Shown in pieces: positions 8,325 to 16,823 of a stretch of 20,529 nt of DNA. The notes beneath the pieces were generated by a model. It was not told where the DNA came from, searched no databases, and saw nothing but the letters and a program-made list of their open reading frames with translations. Position 1 is the stretch's first letter. The number at the start of each line of letters is the position of its first letter. The position numbers were made by a program, and so were the translations under genes. The stretch spans positions 1-20,529 of the forward strand of contig JBFXGD010000056.1 in assembly GCA_050178385.1 (NCBI GenBank), written 5' to 3'. Source of the DNA: Calditrichaceae bacterium (lineage in GTDB: Bacteria; Calditrichota; Calditrichia; Calditrichales; JBFXGD01).

Positions 8325-9851
8325 CTAGAAAAATATTATCGATATGATAATAAACACCGGGATTAGGATAGGAAGGGAAAATTTGAGAATATATCCAAAA
8401 AAACTTGGCATTGATATGCCCGATTCTTCCGCAATGGATTTTACCATAAAATTCGGCGCGTTTCCGATATAAGTATTGGCTCCCATAAATACGGCGCCGA
8501 CGGAAATTGCTTTAAGGTATGAAATAAATTCCGGGAATTTGGCGGTCACGTCACCGGCAATAAATGCTTCCCTTATCTGCATCTCGGTAAGGCCAAGTTT
8601 TCCCAGAGCGCTATTGAAAAACGTGAGATACGTTGGCGCGTTATCGAGAAAACTTGAAAGGCCTCCTGTTACCCAGAAATAATGGGACGGTTCTTTTACG
8701 GCATTGATCAGGGCAGCAAACGCTCCTTTTTCACCAGCCTGCAGGATAGCCAGCGCCGGAATAATCGTCATAAAAATGCCGGCGAACAGATAAGCAACTT
8801 CCTGAATGGGAAACCAGCTAAAACCGTTTCCTTCGCGTATTTCTTTTGAAGTCAATTTAAGGGAAAGCAGGCCCATAAAAATGATCCAGACATCTCTGAC
8901 GATTCCCTGAAACGCCATATGCACACCAAAGACATTCACATGAGGCAGGTGGACAAATCCGCTAAACAAAACACCCGCTATAATTCCGCCAAGCAACAGA
9001 AAATTTAACGCTCCTTCTATACGTATCGGAGATTTTTCTCCCGGATCATTAGGTAAATTCTGCTCTTTCCGGTAATAATATGTATCGAATGCGAACAGAA
9101 GTATCAGTAAAATAACTGATGACACCAGCATTTCGGGAAAAAGATTAAAAGTCCAGAAGAAACTGACACCATGTAAAAAGCCGAGAAAGAGTGGCGGATC
9201 ACCCAAAGGCGTCAACGATCCACCGATATTGGCGACAAGGAAAATAAAAAATACGATGAGATGAACCTTGTGTTTCCGGTGTTCATTCGCGCGTATCAAT
9301 GGCCTGATCATGACCATTGCAGATCCTGTCGTTCCGATCCAGGATGAGAGAAGTGTGCCAATGAGAATCAATAAGACATTGACAATTGGCGTCCCTTTTA
9401 GCGTACCCTTTATAAGAATACCGCCTGAAACTGTAAATAATCCCCAAAGCAAAATTATAAAAGGAATATAATCCAGCAAATATATATGCAGGATTTGATA
9501 GATGGCTTGCTCTTTATATGCGATCAAAAACGGAATTGCAAACAGCAATGCCCAAAATGCCGATACTTTGGGGAAATGCTTATGCCAAAAATGCGGCGCT
9601 ATCAGGGGAAACAACGCGATGGAGAGCAGTATTCCGATAAAAGGAATTGTTGTCCACAATGCCAGCTGTTCACCTAATGCGGGGCCTTCGGAATGCCCCT
9701 CCGCTGAATGTTCTACCACTGCAGTTGTTTGAATAGAGTCACCCTCTACCGGAGTGTTAACGCTATCGGGATTATTTGCCAAAACGGGCAAAACGAATAA
9801 CAAGGCGAATAATATCCCAGTCCGCCATCCGCTGCCAAAACGAAAATTCAT
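8325..9851 (-). CDS. IT-superfamily (ArsB/NhaD-related) membrane transporter, putative Na+/H+ antiporter or CitMHS_2-type
   Basis: About 12-13 hydrophobic segments, with IGTTGSAM, ANIGGSLTPLGDPPLFLGF, SSFLDNAPTY and GANTYIGNAPNFMVK. The ATG at 9851 follows a GGAGG RBS; the ORF track starts at 9881. Confidence 0.85.
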   Translation of the reverse strand: MNFRFGSGWRTGILFALLFVLPVLANNPDSVNTPVEGDSIQTTAVVEHSAEGHSEGPALGEQLALWTTIPFIGILLSIALFPLIAPHFWHKHFPKVSAFWALLFAIPFLIAYKEQAIYQILHIYLLDYIPFIILLWGLFTVSGGILIKGTLKGTPIVNVLLILIGTLLSSWIGTTGSAMVMIRPLIRANEHRKHKVHLIVFFIFLVANIGGSLTPLGDPPLFLGFLHGVSFFWTFNLFPEMLVSSVILLILLFAFDTYYYRKEQNLPNDPGEKSPIRIEGALNFLLLGGIIAGVLFSGFVHLPHVNVFGVHMAFQGIVRDVWIIFMGLLSLKLTSKEIREGNGFSWFPIQEVAYLFAGIFMTIIPALAILQAGEKGAFAALINAVKEPSHYFWVTGGLSSFLDNAPTYLTFFNSALGKLGLTEMQIREAFIAGDVTAKFPEFISYLKAISVGAVFMGANTYIGNAPNFMVKSIAEESGISMPSFFGYILKFSLPILIPVFIIISIIFF

Positions 9852-9991
9852 TGCCGCCTCCAGAAAATACGAGAAATTCAATCTCAGAAATTATTTGAAG
9901 TTCGAGATAATCTTAAACAATTCAATTCATAACTTTCGAATTTACTAAAAGTTCAGAAAAATTATCAAAATATTTTTGAATCATATTTATA

Positions 9992-10411
9992 TCAAACAAG
10001 TCGGTGTCTCGAAACAAAATCGCTTAACCATTCATTCATGTCATCACGAAGCCTCCGAAACTCATTAGCCTTCTCAAGAGGACTCCCCTTAAAATGTCTA
10101 GGGTCTTCAAACTCTTTATGAATCTTGGTTACACTGCCTACAAAATGATCCACGAGCGGTCTTGATTCTTCGGATGTGGATATTATTATTTCAAATCGGT
10201 TGTGCACGAATTCATTAAACGTTTTTGATTTTTCTTTTGAAAGATCTATGCCTATTTCCTGTAATACTTTTATCAAAGTCTTGTCAATTTTTTTTGGTGT
10301 TACACCTGCACTGGCAACTTCTATCCGGTCAAATGTTATATGTTTTAGAAGTGCGGCCATCATCTGGCTGATGCAGGCATTATCCGTTCCAAGCACCAAC
10401 ACCCTTTTCAT
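9992..10411 (-). CDS. ArsC/LMW-PTP-fold protein with degenerate active site
   Basis: VLVLGTDNACISQM aligns with the family motif ILFLCTGNSCRSQM. SAG, EIGIDLS..KSK, FEDP and FRRLRD are retained. A GGAG RBS lies upstream. Confidence 0.85.
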   Translation of the reverse strand: MKRVLVLGTDNACISQMMAALLKHITFDRIEVASAGVTPKKIDKTLIKVLQEIGIDLSKEKSKTFNEFVHNRFEIIISTSEESRPLVDHFVGSVTKIHKEFEDPRHFKGSPLEKANEFRRLRDDMNEWLSDFVSRHRLV

Positions 10412-10522
10412 TTATAGAATCTCCGTCTTACAGATATGTCGCTTCAATAATACCAAACAATACGATACGTAAACTAATAATAAAGATACCAAGGAAAATC
10501 GATTTTTTCCATAAATTTTTAT

Positions 10523-13500
10523 TTATTTCAAAATATTCGATATCATATCCATCAGGCTCCGGATATTGAACGGTTTTGCCAAAAATCCATCTATTCCTCT
10601 CGTCACAAGTTCATTTTTGACATCAGATTTGCTGTATCCCGAGGTAATTAGGACGCGGGCAGATGATTTTATCTCTTTGATTTCGTTGTAAAGAGCGAGT
10701 CCATCCATATTAGGCATGATGATATCTAATATCACCAGATCAATTTTATTCATATTTTTCCTAAACAATTCTAGTCCGTTCAAACCATCATCGGCCAGCA
10801 AAACATCAAAATTGTTGGAGACAAGAACATCACGTATTAAGTCACGTATAATAGATTCGTCGTCAACAACAAGAACAGTATATTTCGCCTGTTTTTTTGT
10901 TTCTTCCTCATGGATGTTCCATGCGACTGGAAAATACAGAAAAAATTCTGTCCCCTTCCCTATCGTAGAATCAAAAAATATAAATCCGTTATGATTGCTG
11001 ACGATACGATGAATCAACGGTAAACCGAGCCCTTTTGAGCGGCGGCCCTCTTTAGTGGAAAAAAACGGCTCAAAAAGACGGTTTTTGACATCATCGCTCA
11101 TCCCTGAACCGGTATCCTTAACAGAAATCTTCACATACTGTTCACCGACCGCATGGTTCTGCTTAAGACGGGTATCCAGCTCGGGTTTTACTGATTCAGA
11201 CCGGATCGTAATTTTTCCGCCCGAGGGCATTGCGTCCACGGAATTCAACGCCAGATTTAATATGACCTGATTGATCTGGGCGGGATCCACCTTAACATAA
11301 TCCTTAGTCTTCAACTCCGCTTTTATCTCAATTCCTTCCGGAATGGTATGTTCTATTACATTTACGGACTGTTCAATAATCTGGTTAGGATCTACAATCA
11401 CAAGCCTTGGCGCTGACTTTTGAGTAAGACTGAGAAGTTGCCCCGTTAATTGGCCGCCGGTTCGTACTGATTCATCTATGAGCTCAAGATGTTTTAGAAG
11501 CGTATTTTCATTGCCTATATTTAATTTAGCGTTCGAGACATTTTCAATTATGGACCGAAGAACATGATTAAAATCTTCAGCAATACTGGCTGATATTGAA
11601 CTGTATGCTTCAATTTTTTGCGCGTCAAGTAGTCTTTTTTCTAATCGCCGGGTCTCGGTCATGTCCACACCAAAACTGACATCCACTTCCCCGTAGGGCT
11701 CAGAATTGATTTGCATTCCTGTCCAACGGATTATTTTTTCTTCTCCATCTTTTGCGGTTAGCGTGTATTCAATCGGCTCATTCAGATTATCTGTTCTGGA
11801 CTTATTGGATGATTCCATCACATAGCGATAATAAGAATCATCCTGATATACTTTTTTTAAAAACTCTTTCCGCCCAAGAGCCTCCTCTTTTTTGTAACCG
11901 GTAATTTCTTCAGCTCTTTTATTCCAGATTATAATATTGCCCTCATTATCGAAGGCATTCATGATGATGCTGGCTTTTTCAATCAATTCGTCCGCAAAAT
12001 TCCGTGTATTTTTTAGCGACTTTTCAAGTTCGGCATACTCGGTGATATCGCGTATTATTCCTTCATAAAACTTTTCGCCGTTTGGTTCGGTAATCACATG
12101 TGCATGTTCTATGACCTTTAGATCGCGATTATTTTTTGTTTTCAGGTTTAGCACATAATTCTGAACCTTTTGATTTTGTTCAATTTCGGCAGTGAATTGT
12201 TTCCTCTGACTGTTGTCTCTGTATAGCGCATCTTCTATGGATAACTCCTGAAGATCATCGAGTGAATCGTATTCAAGCAATTTTAGAAGAGCTGGATTGG
12301 CATATAGAATTTTCCCATCCGGGCTGCTTCTATAAATTCCATCTAAAGCGTTCTCCACTATTTCCCGGTAATTCTGCCTGGAAATACTAAGCTCATCAAT
12401 GAGACGGGATTTTGATATTCCCAGAGAAATAATTTTACTGATGATGGCGGCAGGCTCATACCAGTTATTATTGTTCTCATATGAATGAACAAAAAACAGA
12501 GTAATCACGCCATACAGCTGATCACCGGCCGATAGCGGGAGAATCATCATACTATTTATGTTTGATTTATTTTTTTTATCCGCCGTAAAACTATCATTTT
12601 GGATCAAGCAGGCATCAATAGTTCTTGCGTTTTTTAGAATGACTTCTTCAAACTCATCGAGTAAATGATTAAATTCCTTATCTTCCTCATTCCGGATAAG
12701 TGATGTTTCACCACTATTCAGCTTGTTCACCAGTATATAATTACAGTTATACACTTTTTTTATCCGGCCGGCAATGGATTTTAAAGGAAACTGCAGTTCA
12801 ATAGCCAGCGAAATAATCTTTATAATTTCTGCTACTTCTTTAAAGGTCTCAATCCGATTTTTCAGCTCCTGGCGGCCGGAATCAAATTTCCGGTGATCTG
12901 ATAAAAAAATAAAACAATGCGGTTCATCCAAAAATTTTTCATAAATAGCGTAAACGCCGCATGGAATCAGATTTTGCTTCCCATCAAGAAATGTTGTTTC
13001 CCGCAGGTAAATCGAATGATGATCGGAGGTATTCGAGAAACCACCGGATATTTCTTCATAAATGTTTGCGGGTACGCAATTTTCAAGACTGATATCAGAT
13101 AAAAATTTCGCATCATACCCAAAAAATTTCAGAAAAGCGTTATTGGTGTGTTCAATTTTTCCGGATATTCTGACAATTAGAACAGGCATGGGACTTTCAT
13201 TAATTAATCCTAAATAATTATCATACCTGTTTTGATGTTTTATCTTTGTGTAAAAAATATTCTTCAGATTCTGAATAATATATTTTAGCTGATCATAAAA
13301 AAATTCAGATGCTTCGAAGATAAACGTATCGGTTAATTTTAAAAAAGACTGATAAACAGCTTTTCCGATAGGTTTTCCTACGATATATATAGTATGCTTA
13401 TTGTGTTCAATCCTAAGTGTATCAATATGCATTATCATCTCTTTGTTAATCTCTCCTGGTAAAAAGATGATACCGGCATATAATTTATTGTCATATCTTA

Positions 13501-13720
13501 CCGGCAGCTCTTCGATTGAATCATATGAGAGATGTTCTATATCCGGGCTATTTTTGAGAAGATCTTCGATCATATTTTTATCGACGGCAGATTTATGAGA
13601 TATAACCAGTATTTTAAAATTCACAATAATTTCCGATTCTAATAAACAAAAATCCCGGGAATGAACCATTCCCCTACAATTCTGTTGATAAAGATATTTT
13701 GTCTGATTTTTTTCTTGCAT
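10523..13720 (-). CDS. Cytoplasmic hybrid sensor kinase-like protein (PAS-GAF-PAS-PAS-HisKA-HATPase-REC, CckA-like) with Glu at the phosphoacceptor His position
   Basis: PAS signatures (LINESPMPVLIV, IVENALDGIY..RDITE, WNKRAEEITGY), a GAF signature (SMMILPL..LYGVITL), N/G1/F/G2 boxes (NLALNSVDAM, DTGSGM, EPFFSTK, GLGL) and an intact receiver (VDDE, DLVILDIIMP, KPF). No TM segments are evident. The true start may lie further downstream. Confidence 0.92.
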   Translation of the reverse strand: MQEKNQTKYLYQQNCRGMVHSRDFCLLESEIIVNFKILVISHKSAVDKNMIEDLLKNSPDIEHLSYDSIEELPVRYDNKLYAGIIFLPGEINKEMIMHIDTLRIEHNKHTIYIVGKPIGKAVYQSFLKLTDTFIFEASEFFYDQLKYIIQNLKNIFYTKIKHQNRYDNYLGLINESPMPVLIVRISGKIEHTNNAFLKFFGYDAKFLSDISLENCVPANIYEEISGGFSNTSDHHSIYLRETTFLDGKQNLIPCGVYAIYEKFLDEPHCFIFLSDHRKFDSGRQELKNRIETFKEVAEIIKIISLAIELQFPLKSIAGRIKKVYNCNYILVNKLNSGETSLIRNEEDKEFNHLLDEFEEVILKNARTIDACLIQNDSFTADKKNKSNINSMMILPLSAGDQLYGVITLFFVHSYENNNNWYEPAAIISKIISLGISKSRLIDELSISRQNYREIVENALDGIYRSSPDGKILYANPALLKLLEYDSLDDLQELSIEDALYRDNSQRKQFTAEIEQNQKVQNYVLNLKTKNNRDLKVIEHAHVITEPNGEKFYEGIIRDITEYAELEKSLKNTRNFADELIEKASIIMNAFDNEGNIIIWNKRAEEITGYKKEEALGRKEFLKKVYQDDSYYRYVMESSNKSRTDNLNEPIEYTLTAKDGEEKIIRWTGMQINSEPYGEVDVSFGVDMTETRRLEKRLLDAQKIEAYSSISASIAEDFNHVLRSIIENVSNAKLNIGNENTLLKHLELIDESVRTGGQLTGQLLSLTQKSAPRLVIVDPNQIIEQSVNVIEHTIPEGIEIKAELKTKDYVKVDPAQINQVILNLALNSVDAMPSGGKITIRSESVKPELDTRLKQNHAVGEQYVKISVKDTGSGMSDDVKNRLFEPFFSTKEGRRSKGLGLPLIHRIVSNHNGFIFFDSTIGKGTEFFLYFPVAWNIHEEETKKQAKYTVLVVDDESIIRDLIRDVLVSNNFDVLLADDGLNGLELFRKNMNKIDLVILDIIMPNMDGLALYNEIKEIKSSARVLITSGYSKSDVKNELVTRGIDGFLAKPFNIRSLMDMISNILK

Positions 13721-13829
13721 ATATTAAAAGACGCCCACAAAAATATAATAAAGAATGGTTTAATTATCTATGCTTTTTTAATTTTGTAGCATATTTGCTA
13801 TAAATGTAAATTTTTAAAGAAAGGTCTAT
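13721..13829. promoter_or_regulatory. Divergent AT-rich promoter region between the kinase gene and rlmI
   Basis: The flanking genes diverge. There is an extended -10-like TGCTATAAA at 13796-13804 (+) and a palindrome TAGCA-TATT-TGCTA at 13787-13800. Confidence 0.45.
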
Positions 13830-15011
13830 ATGTTTCCGACATTAATATTGAAGAAAGGCCGGGAAAAATCGATAATAAACAAACATCCATGGATTTTTTC
13901 AGGCGCGATATATTCGGTAACCGGAAAACCGGAAAACGGAGATTACATCAGGATAACGAGTTCTTCCGGAGAAATACTCGGGACGGGATTCTTCAGCCCA
14001 AATTCTCAAATCCGCTCCCGCATCGTTAAATTCGGAAAAACAGTACCCGATGAGAATTATTATAAAGAGAGAATCCAATCCGCCTATTTATTCAGGAATC
14101 GTCATATAGATAGCTCCAAAACAGATTCATTTAGATTATTTTTCTCTGAAAGTGATGGAATTCCGGGAGTCATTATTGATAAATATAATGATGTTTTATC
14201 ATGCCAGTTCCTATCAGCAGGCGCGCAACGTATTAAACCTGCCGTTATCCAAATTCTGAATGACATGTTTCATCCATCGGCTATTCTTGAGCATGCGGAT
14301 GAAAAAGCCGCTATTCTCGAAGGATTTAAGCCATACCAGGGCATTCTCAGTGGTACCTTAGAGAATCCCCTGATAACGATAAAAGAGAATGACCTGAATT
14401 TTAAAGTCGATGTCTCCGGAGGGCAAAAAACAGGATTTTTTCTGGATCAGAGGGAAAACCGGCAAATGCTTCGGGAGTTTTCAGGTGATGCCCAAATTCT
14501 TAACTGTTTCAGCTACAGCGCCGGATTTTCAATATATGCTGTTGACGGTGGCGCCCGCAAAGTAGTTTCTGTAGATTCCTCTGCGCAGGCTATCGAGCTG
14601 GCGAAGGCGAATATCGAATGCAATCAGCAGGATCAAGCTAAACATGAACTTGTCATACAGGATGTTTTTCAGTATTTAAGCGAAAACCAGGACAAAAAAT
14701 TTGATATTATTATTCTTGATCCTCCGGCTTTTATAAAAAAACGAACACAAATACAATCCGGCGCGCGCGGTTATCAAAATCTTAACCGTATGGCGATGAA
14801 GTTATTAAAGAACGACGGATTGTTATTCACTTTCTCGTGCTCTCATTTTATGGATGATAAACTTTTCCGCCAGGTGCTGCATTCTGCAGGGATTGAATCA
14901 GGAAGCAATCTGCATTATATAAAATCGTTCGGGGCAGGATTGGATCATGCGGTGAGCGCCAGCTTTCCTGAATCCGCTTATCTGAAGGGATATTGTATCA
15001 GAGTTTTTTGA
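13830..15011 (+). CDS. rlmI: 23S rRNA m5C1962 methyltransferase RlmI-like (PUA + class I SAM methyltransferase)
   Basis: HPWIFSGA, SESDGIPGVIID, GQKTGFFLDQRENR, LNCFSYSAGFS, ILDPPAF, TFSCS and YLKG. Confidence 0.9.
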   Translation: MFPTLILKKGREKSIINKHPWIFSGAIYSVTGKPENGDYIRITSSSGEILGTGFFSPNSQIRSRIVKFGKTVPDENYYKERIQSAYLFRNRHIDSSKTDSFRLFFSESDGIPGVIIDKYNDVLSCQFLSAGAQRIKPAVIQILNDMFHPSAILEHADEKAAILEGFKPYQGILSGTLENPLITIKENDLNFKVDVSGGQKTGFFLDQRENRQMLREFSGDAQILNCFSYSAGFSIYAVDGGARKVVSVDSSAQAIELAKANIECNQQDQAKHELVIQDVFQYLSENQDKKFDIIILDPPAFIKKRTQIQSGARGYQNLNRMAMKLLKNDGLLFTFSCSHFMDDKLFRQVLHSAGIESGSNLHYIKSFGAGLDHAVSASFPESAYLKGYCIRVF

Positions 15012-15174
15012 TCGTAAAGTATTTGATCTATCCGCTTGCTTTATGATTCTTTTTGAATTTTAGACAAGTTATGATTAATATTGGTTCAATATTTAAATTT
15101 TGTTGTTTAGAAATGATCATAATTTCCAAATTCGAACAACTATATTAAGAATTTGATCTTTAAAATATCGGCCA

Positions 15175-15225
15175 TTCGAAGTTCCAGCATTTTCGGTTAT
15201 AATTCACAAAGGTAAATTTTAGGAG
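15175..15225 (+). promoter_or_regulatory. Putative sigma70 promoter and RBS of the GT2-kinase-SpoIID-AmpG operon
   Basis: TTCGAA (15175-15180), a 17-nt spacer, a perfect TATAAT (15198-15203), and AGGAG (15221-15225) before the ATG at 15232. Confidence 0.55.
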
Positions 15226-15231
15226 AATCCA

Positions 15232-16791
15232 ATGTCAGATAAGGGTGTTGCAATTGTCCTGCATTATTCAGAGCCACAGGACATTTTTCTTAAATTACTT
15301 CAAACCGTTTTCGGTCAGACGAATACTGACTTTGAAGTAATGATCATCGGCACGGAACGGAATGAAGCAATTAAACAAAAAGTTTCTGAAATCAACACGG
15401 AAACGTTCCCGGTAAAATATTACTTCTTAGGGGATTCTTCCTATAGCGATTCTCTTCATAAAGTATTCAAACAAGCCGATACCCCCTTTATTTTGTACAT
15501 AGATAACAAAAAAAAACCGGTGTTTCTGAAAAACGGGGCAGTCGATTTGTTTTTATCAGCAGCGAAACGAAATAAAAACGCAGGTTTGATTTATTCTGAT
15601 TATGAGCTTGAAGAAAATGGGCAGGTAAAGGAGATTCACTTGCTGAAACACCATTTTGGACGTGTACGATATAATCAGGATTATGGAAAAGTATATTTTT
15701 TCAGGAATCGCGTCCTTCAGGAGATCGGATATACTTATAAGACTCTCAGGTACAACACCCTTTATGATCTGCGTTTAAAAATTTCTGAAAATTTTGAATT
15801 AATCCATATTGCCAGCCGATATGCCGGTTCGGCCTATCGTATCGCCGCAAAAAGCCAAAACCATAATGTCTTTGATTATCTTATGGCAAGCAAGGAAATC
15901 CAGCTTGAAGCAGAAATGGTGCTGACGGAACATCTGAAGCGAATAGGTTCATACCTTGCCCCGGGAGAACACTGTGTCCCCCGCCCCGCGCCTTCGGCAG
16001 AAGCGACCCTAAAGGCGTCTGTAATCATCCCGGTTAACAATCGTCCTGAATTTATAAGCGCTGCTATTGAAAGTGTGCAGAATCAGACCGTCAAAGAGAT
16101 TGAGGTCATCACTGTCGTCAATGGCGGAACATCGGACCCAACAATTGCTCAGGTCAGGCGCCATATGCCGGGCGGAGATCGCTACGATGAATCCCTGCCT
16201 GAAGTGGTGCTGCTGGTTTATGACATAAACAATATCGGTTTTTGTCTGAATATGGGCGCCAAAGTCGCGCGTGGTGAATATTATGTCCAGCTTGACTCGG
16301 ATGACCGGTTAAAGCCGGATGCGGTGGAAAAAATACTCGAAGTCTATGAATCCGATCCATTGATCGGGATGGTAATCGGTTCATATGAAGTTTGGGAGAA
16401 ACAAGCTGATAACAACATTAAACGTCTGAGCGACATGCCTGTGGTTACACATGATGAATGGACTGATGAAAACGGCAGAAACAATCTTTTGAGAATAAAC
16501 GGCGCGGGCGCGCCGCGATCAATACCGATAAGTCTGATTCGTCAAATAGGTTTTAGTTTAAATGATGAACCATACGCCCGTAATTACGGTGAAGATTATG
16601 CAATGGTACTTAATATTAGTGAGACACACCGCATCGGCCGTGTGTGGGATCCGATTTATGAAGTCATCAGACACTCCGGTGGAACCGATCACAGCATAGA
16701 TCAGATTACAATTGACCGGAATGATGAGGCAAAGGATTTCATGCGATTTGAAGCGATCCTGCGCAGAGCGGAACGGAACAGAAATCACTAA
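15232..16791 (+). CDS. Family 2 glycosyltransferase with a degenerate N-terminal GT-A-like domain and an intact C-terminal GT2 domain
   Basis: C-terminal half: SVIIPVNNR, QLDSDD (DxD), NGAGAPR, YGEDY and RIGRVW. N-terminal half: GT-A-like remnants (QTNTDFEVMII, GLIYSDY). Confidence 0.88.
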   Translation: MSDKGVAIVLHYSEPQDIFLKLLQTVFGQTNTDFEVMIIGTERNEAIKQKVSEINTETFPVKYYFLGDSSYSDSLHKVFKQADTPFILYIDNKKKPVFLKNGAVDLFLSAAKRNKNAGLIYSDYELEENGQVKEIHLLKHHFGRVRYNQDYGKVYFFRNRVLQEIGYTYKTLRYNTLYDLRLKISENFELIHIASRYAGSAYRIAAKSQNHNVFDYLMASKEIQLEAEMVLTEHLKRIGSYLAPGEHCVPRPAPSAEATLKASVIIPVNNRPEFISAAIESVQNQTVKEIEVITVVNGGTSDPTIAQVRRHMPGGDRYDESLPEVVLLVYDINNIGFCLNMGAKVARGEYYVQLDSDDRLKPDAVEKILEVYESDPLIGMVIGSYEVWEKQADNNIKRLSDMPVVTHDEWTDENGRNNLLRINGAGAPRSIPISLIRQIGFSLNDEPYARNYGEDYAMVLNISETHRIGRVWDPIYEVIRHSGGTDHSIDQITIDRNDEAKDFMRFEAILRRAERNRNH

Positions 16792-16823
16792 TAAATATCT
16801 TCGGATTGGATGTAGGTAAAATT

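Noticed and set aside
9852..9991. Possible Na+/Li+ riboswitch upstream of the antiporter
   Set aside because: The region is very AT-rich, with only weak inverted repeats and no stable stem or terminator that I can recognise. An Infernal/Rfam scan would settle it.
8325..10411. Arsenic resistance operon (arsB-arsC)
   Set aside because: The ArsC-fold protein lacks CX5R, the transporter motifs fit a different IT subfamily, and there is no arsR in the window.
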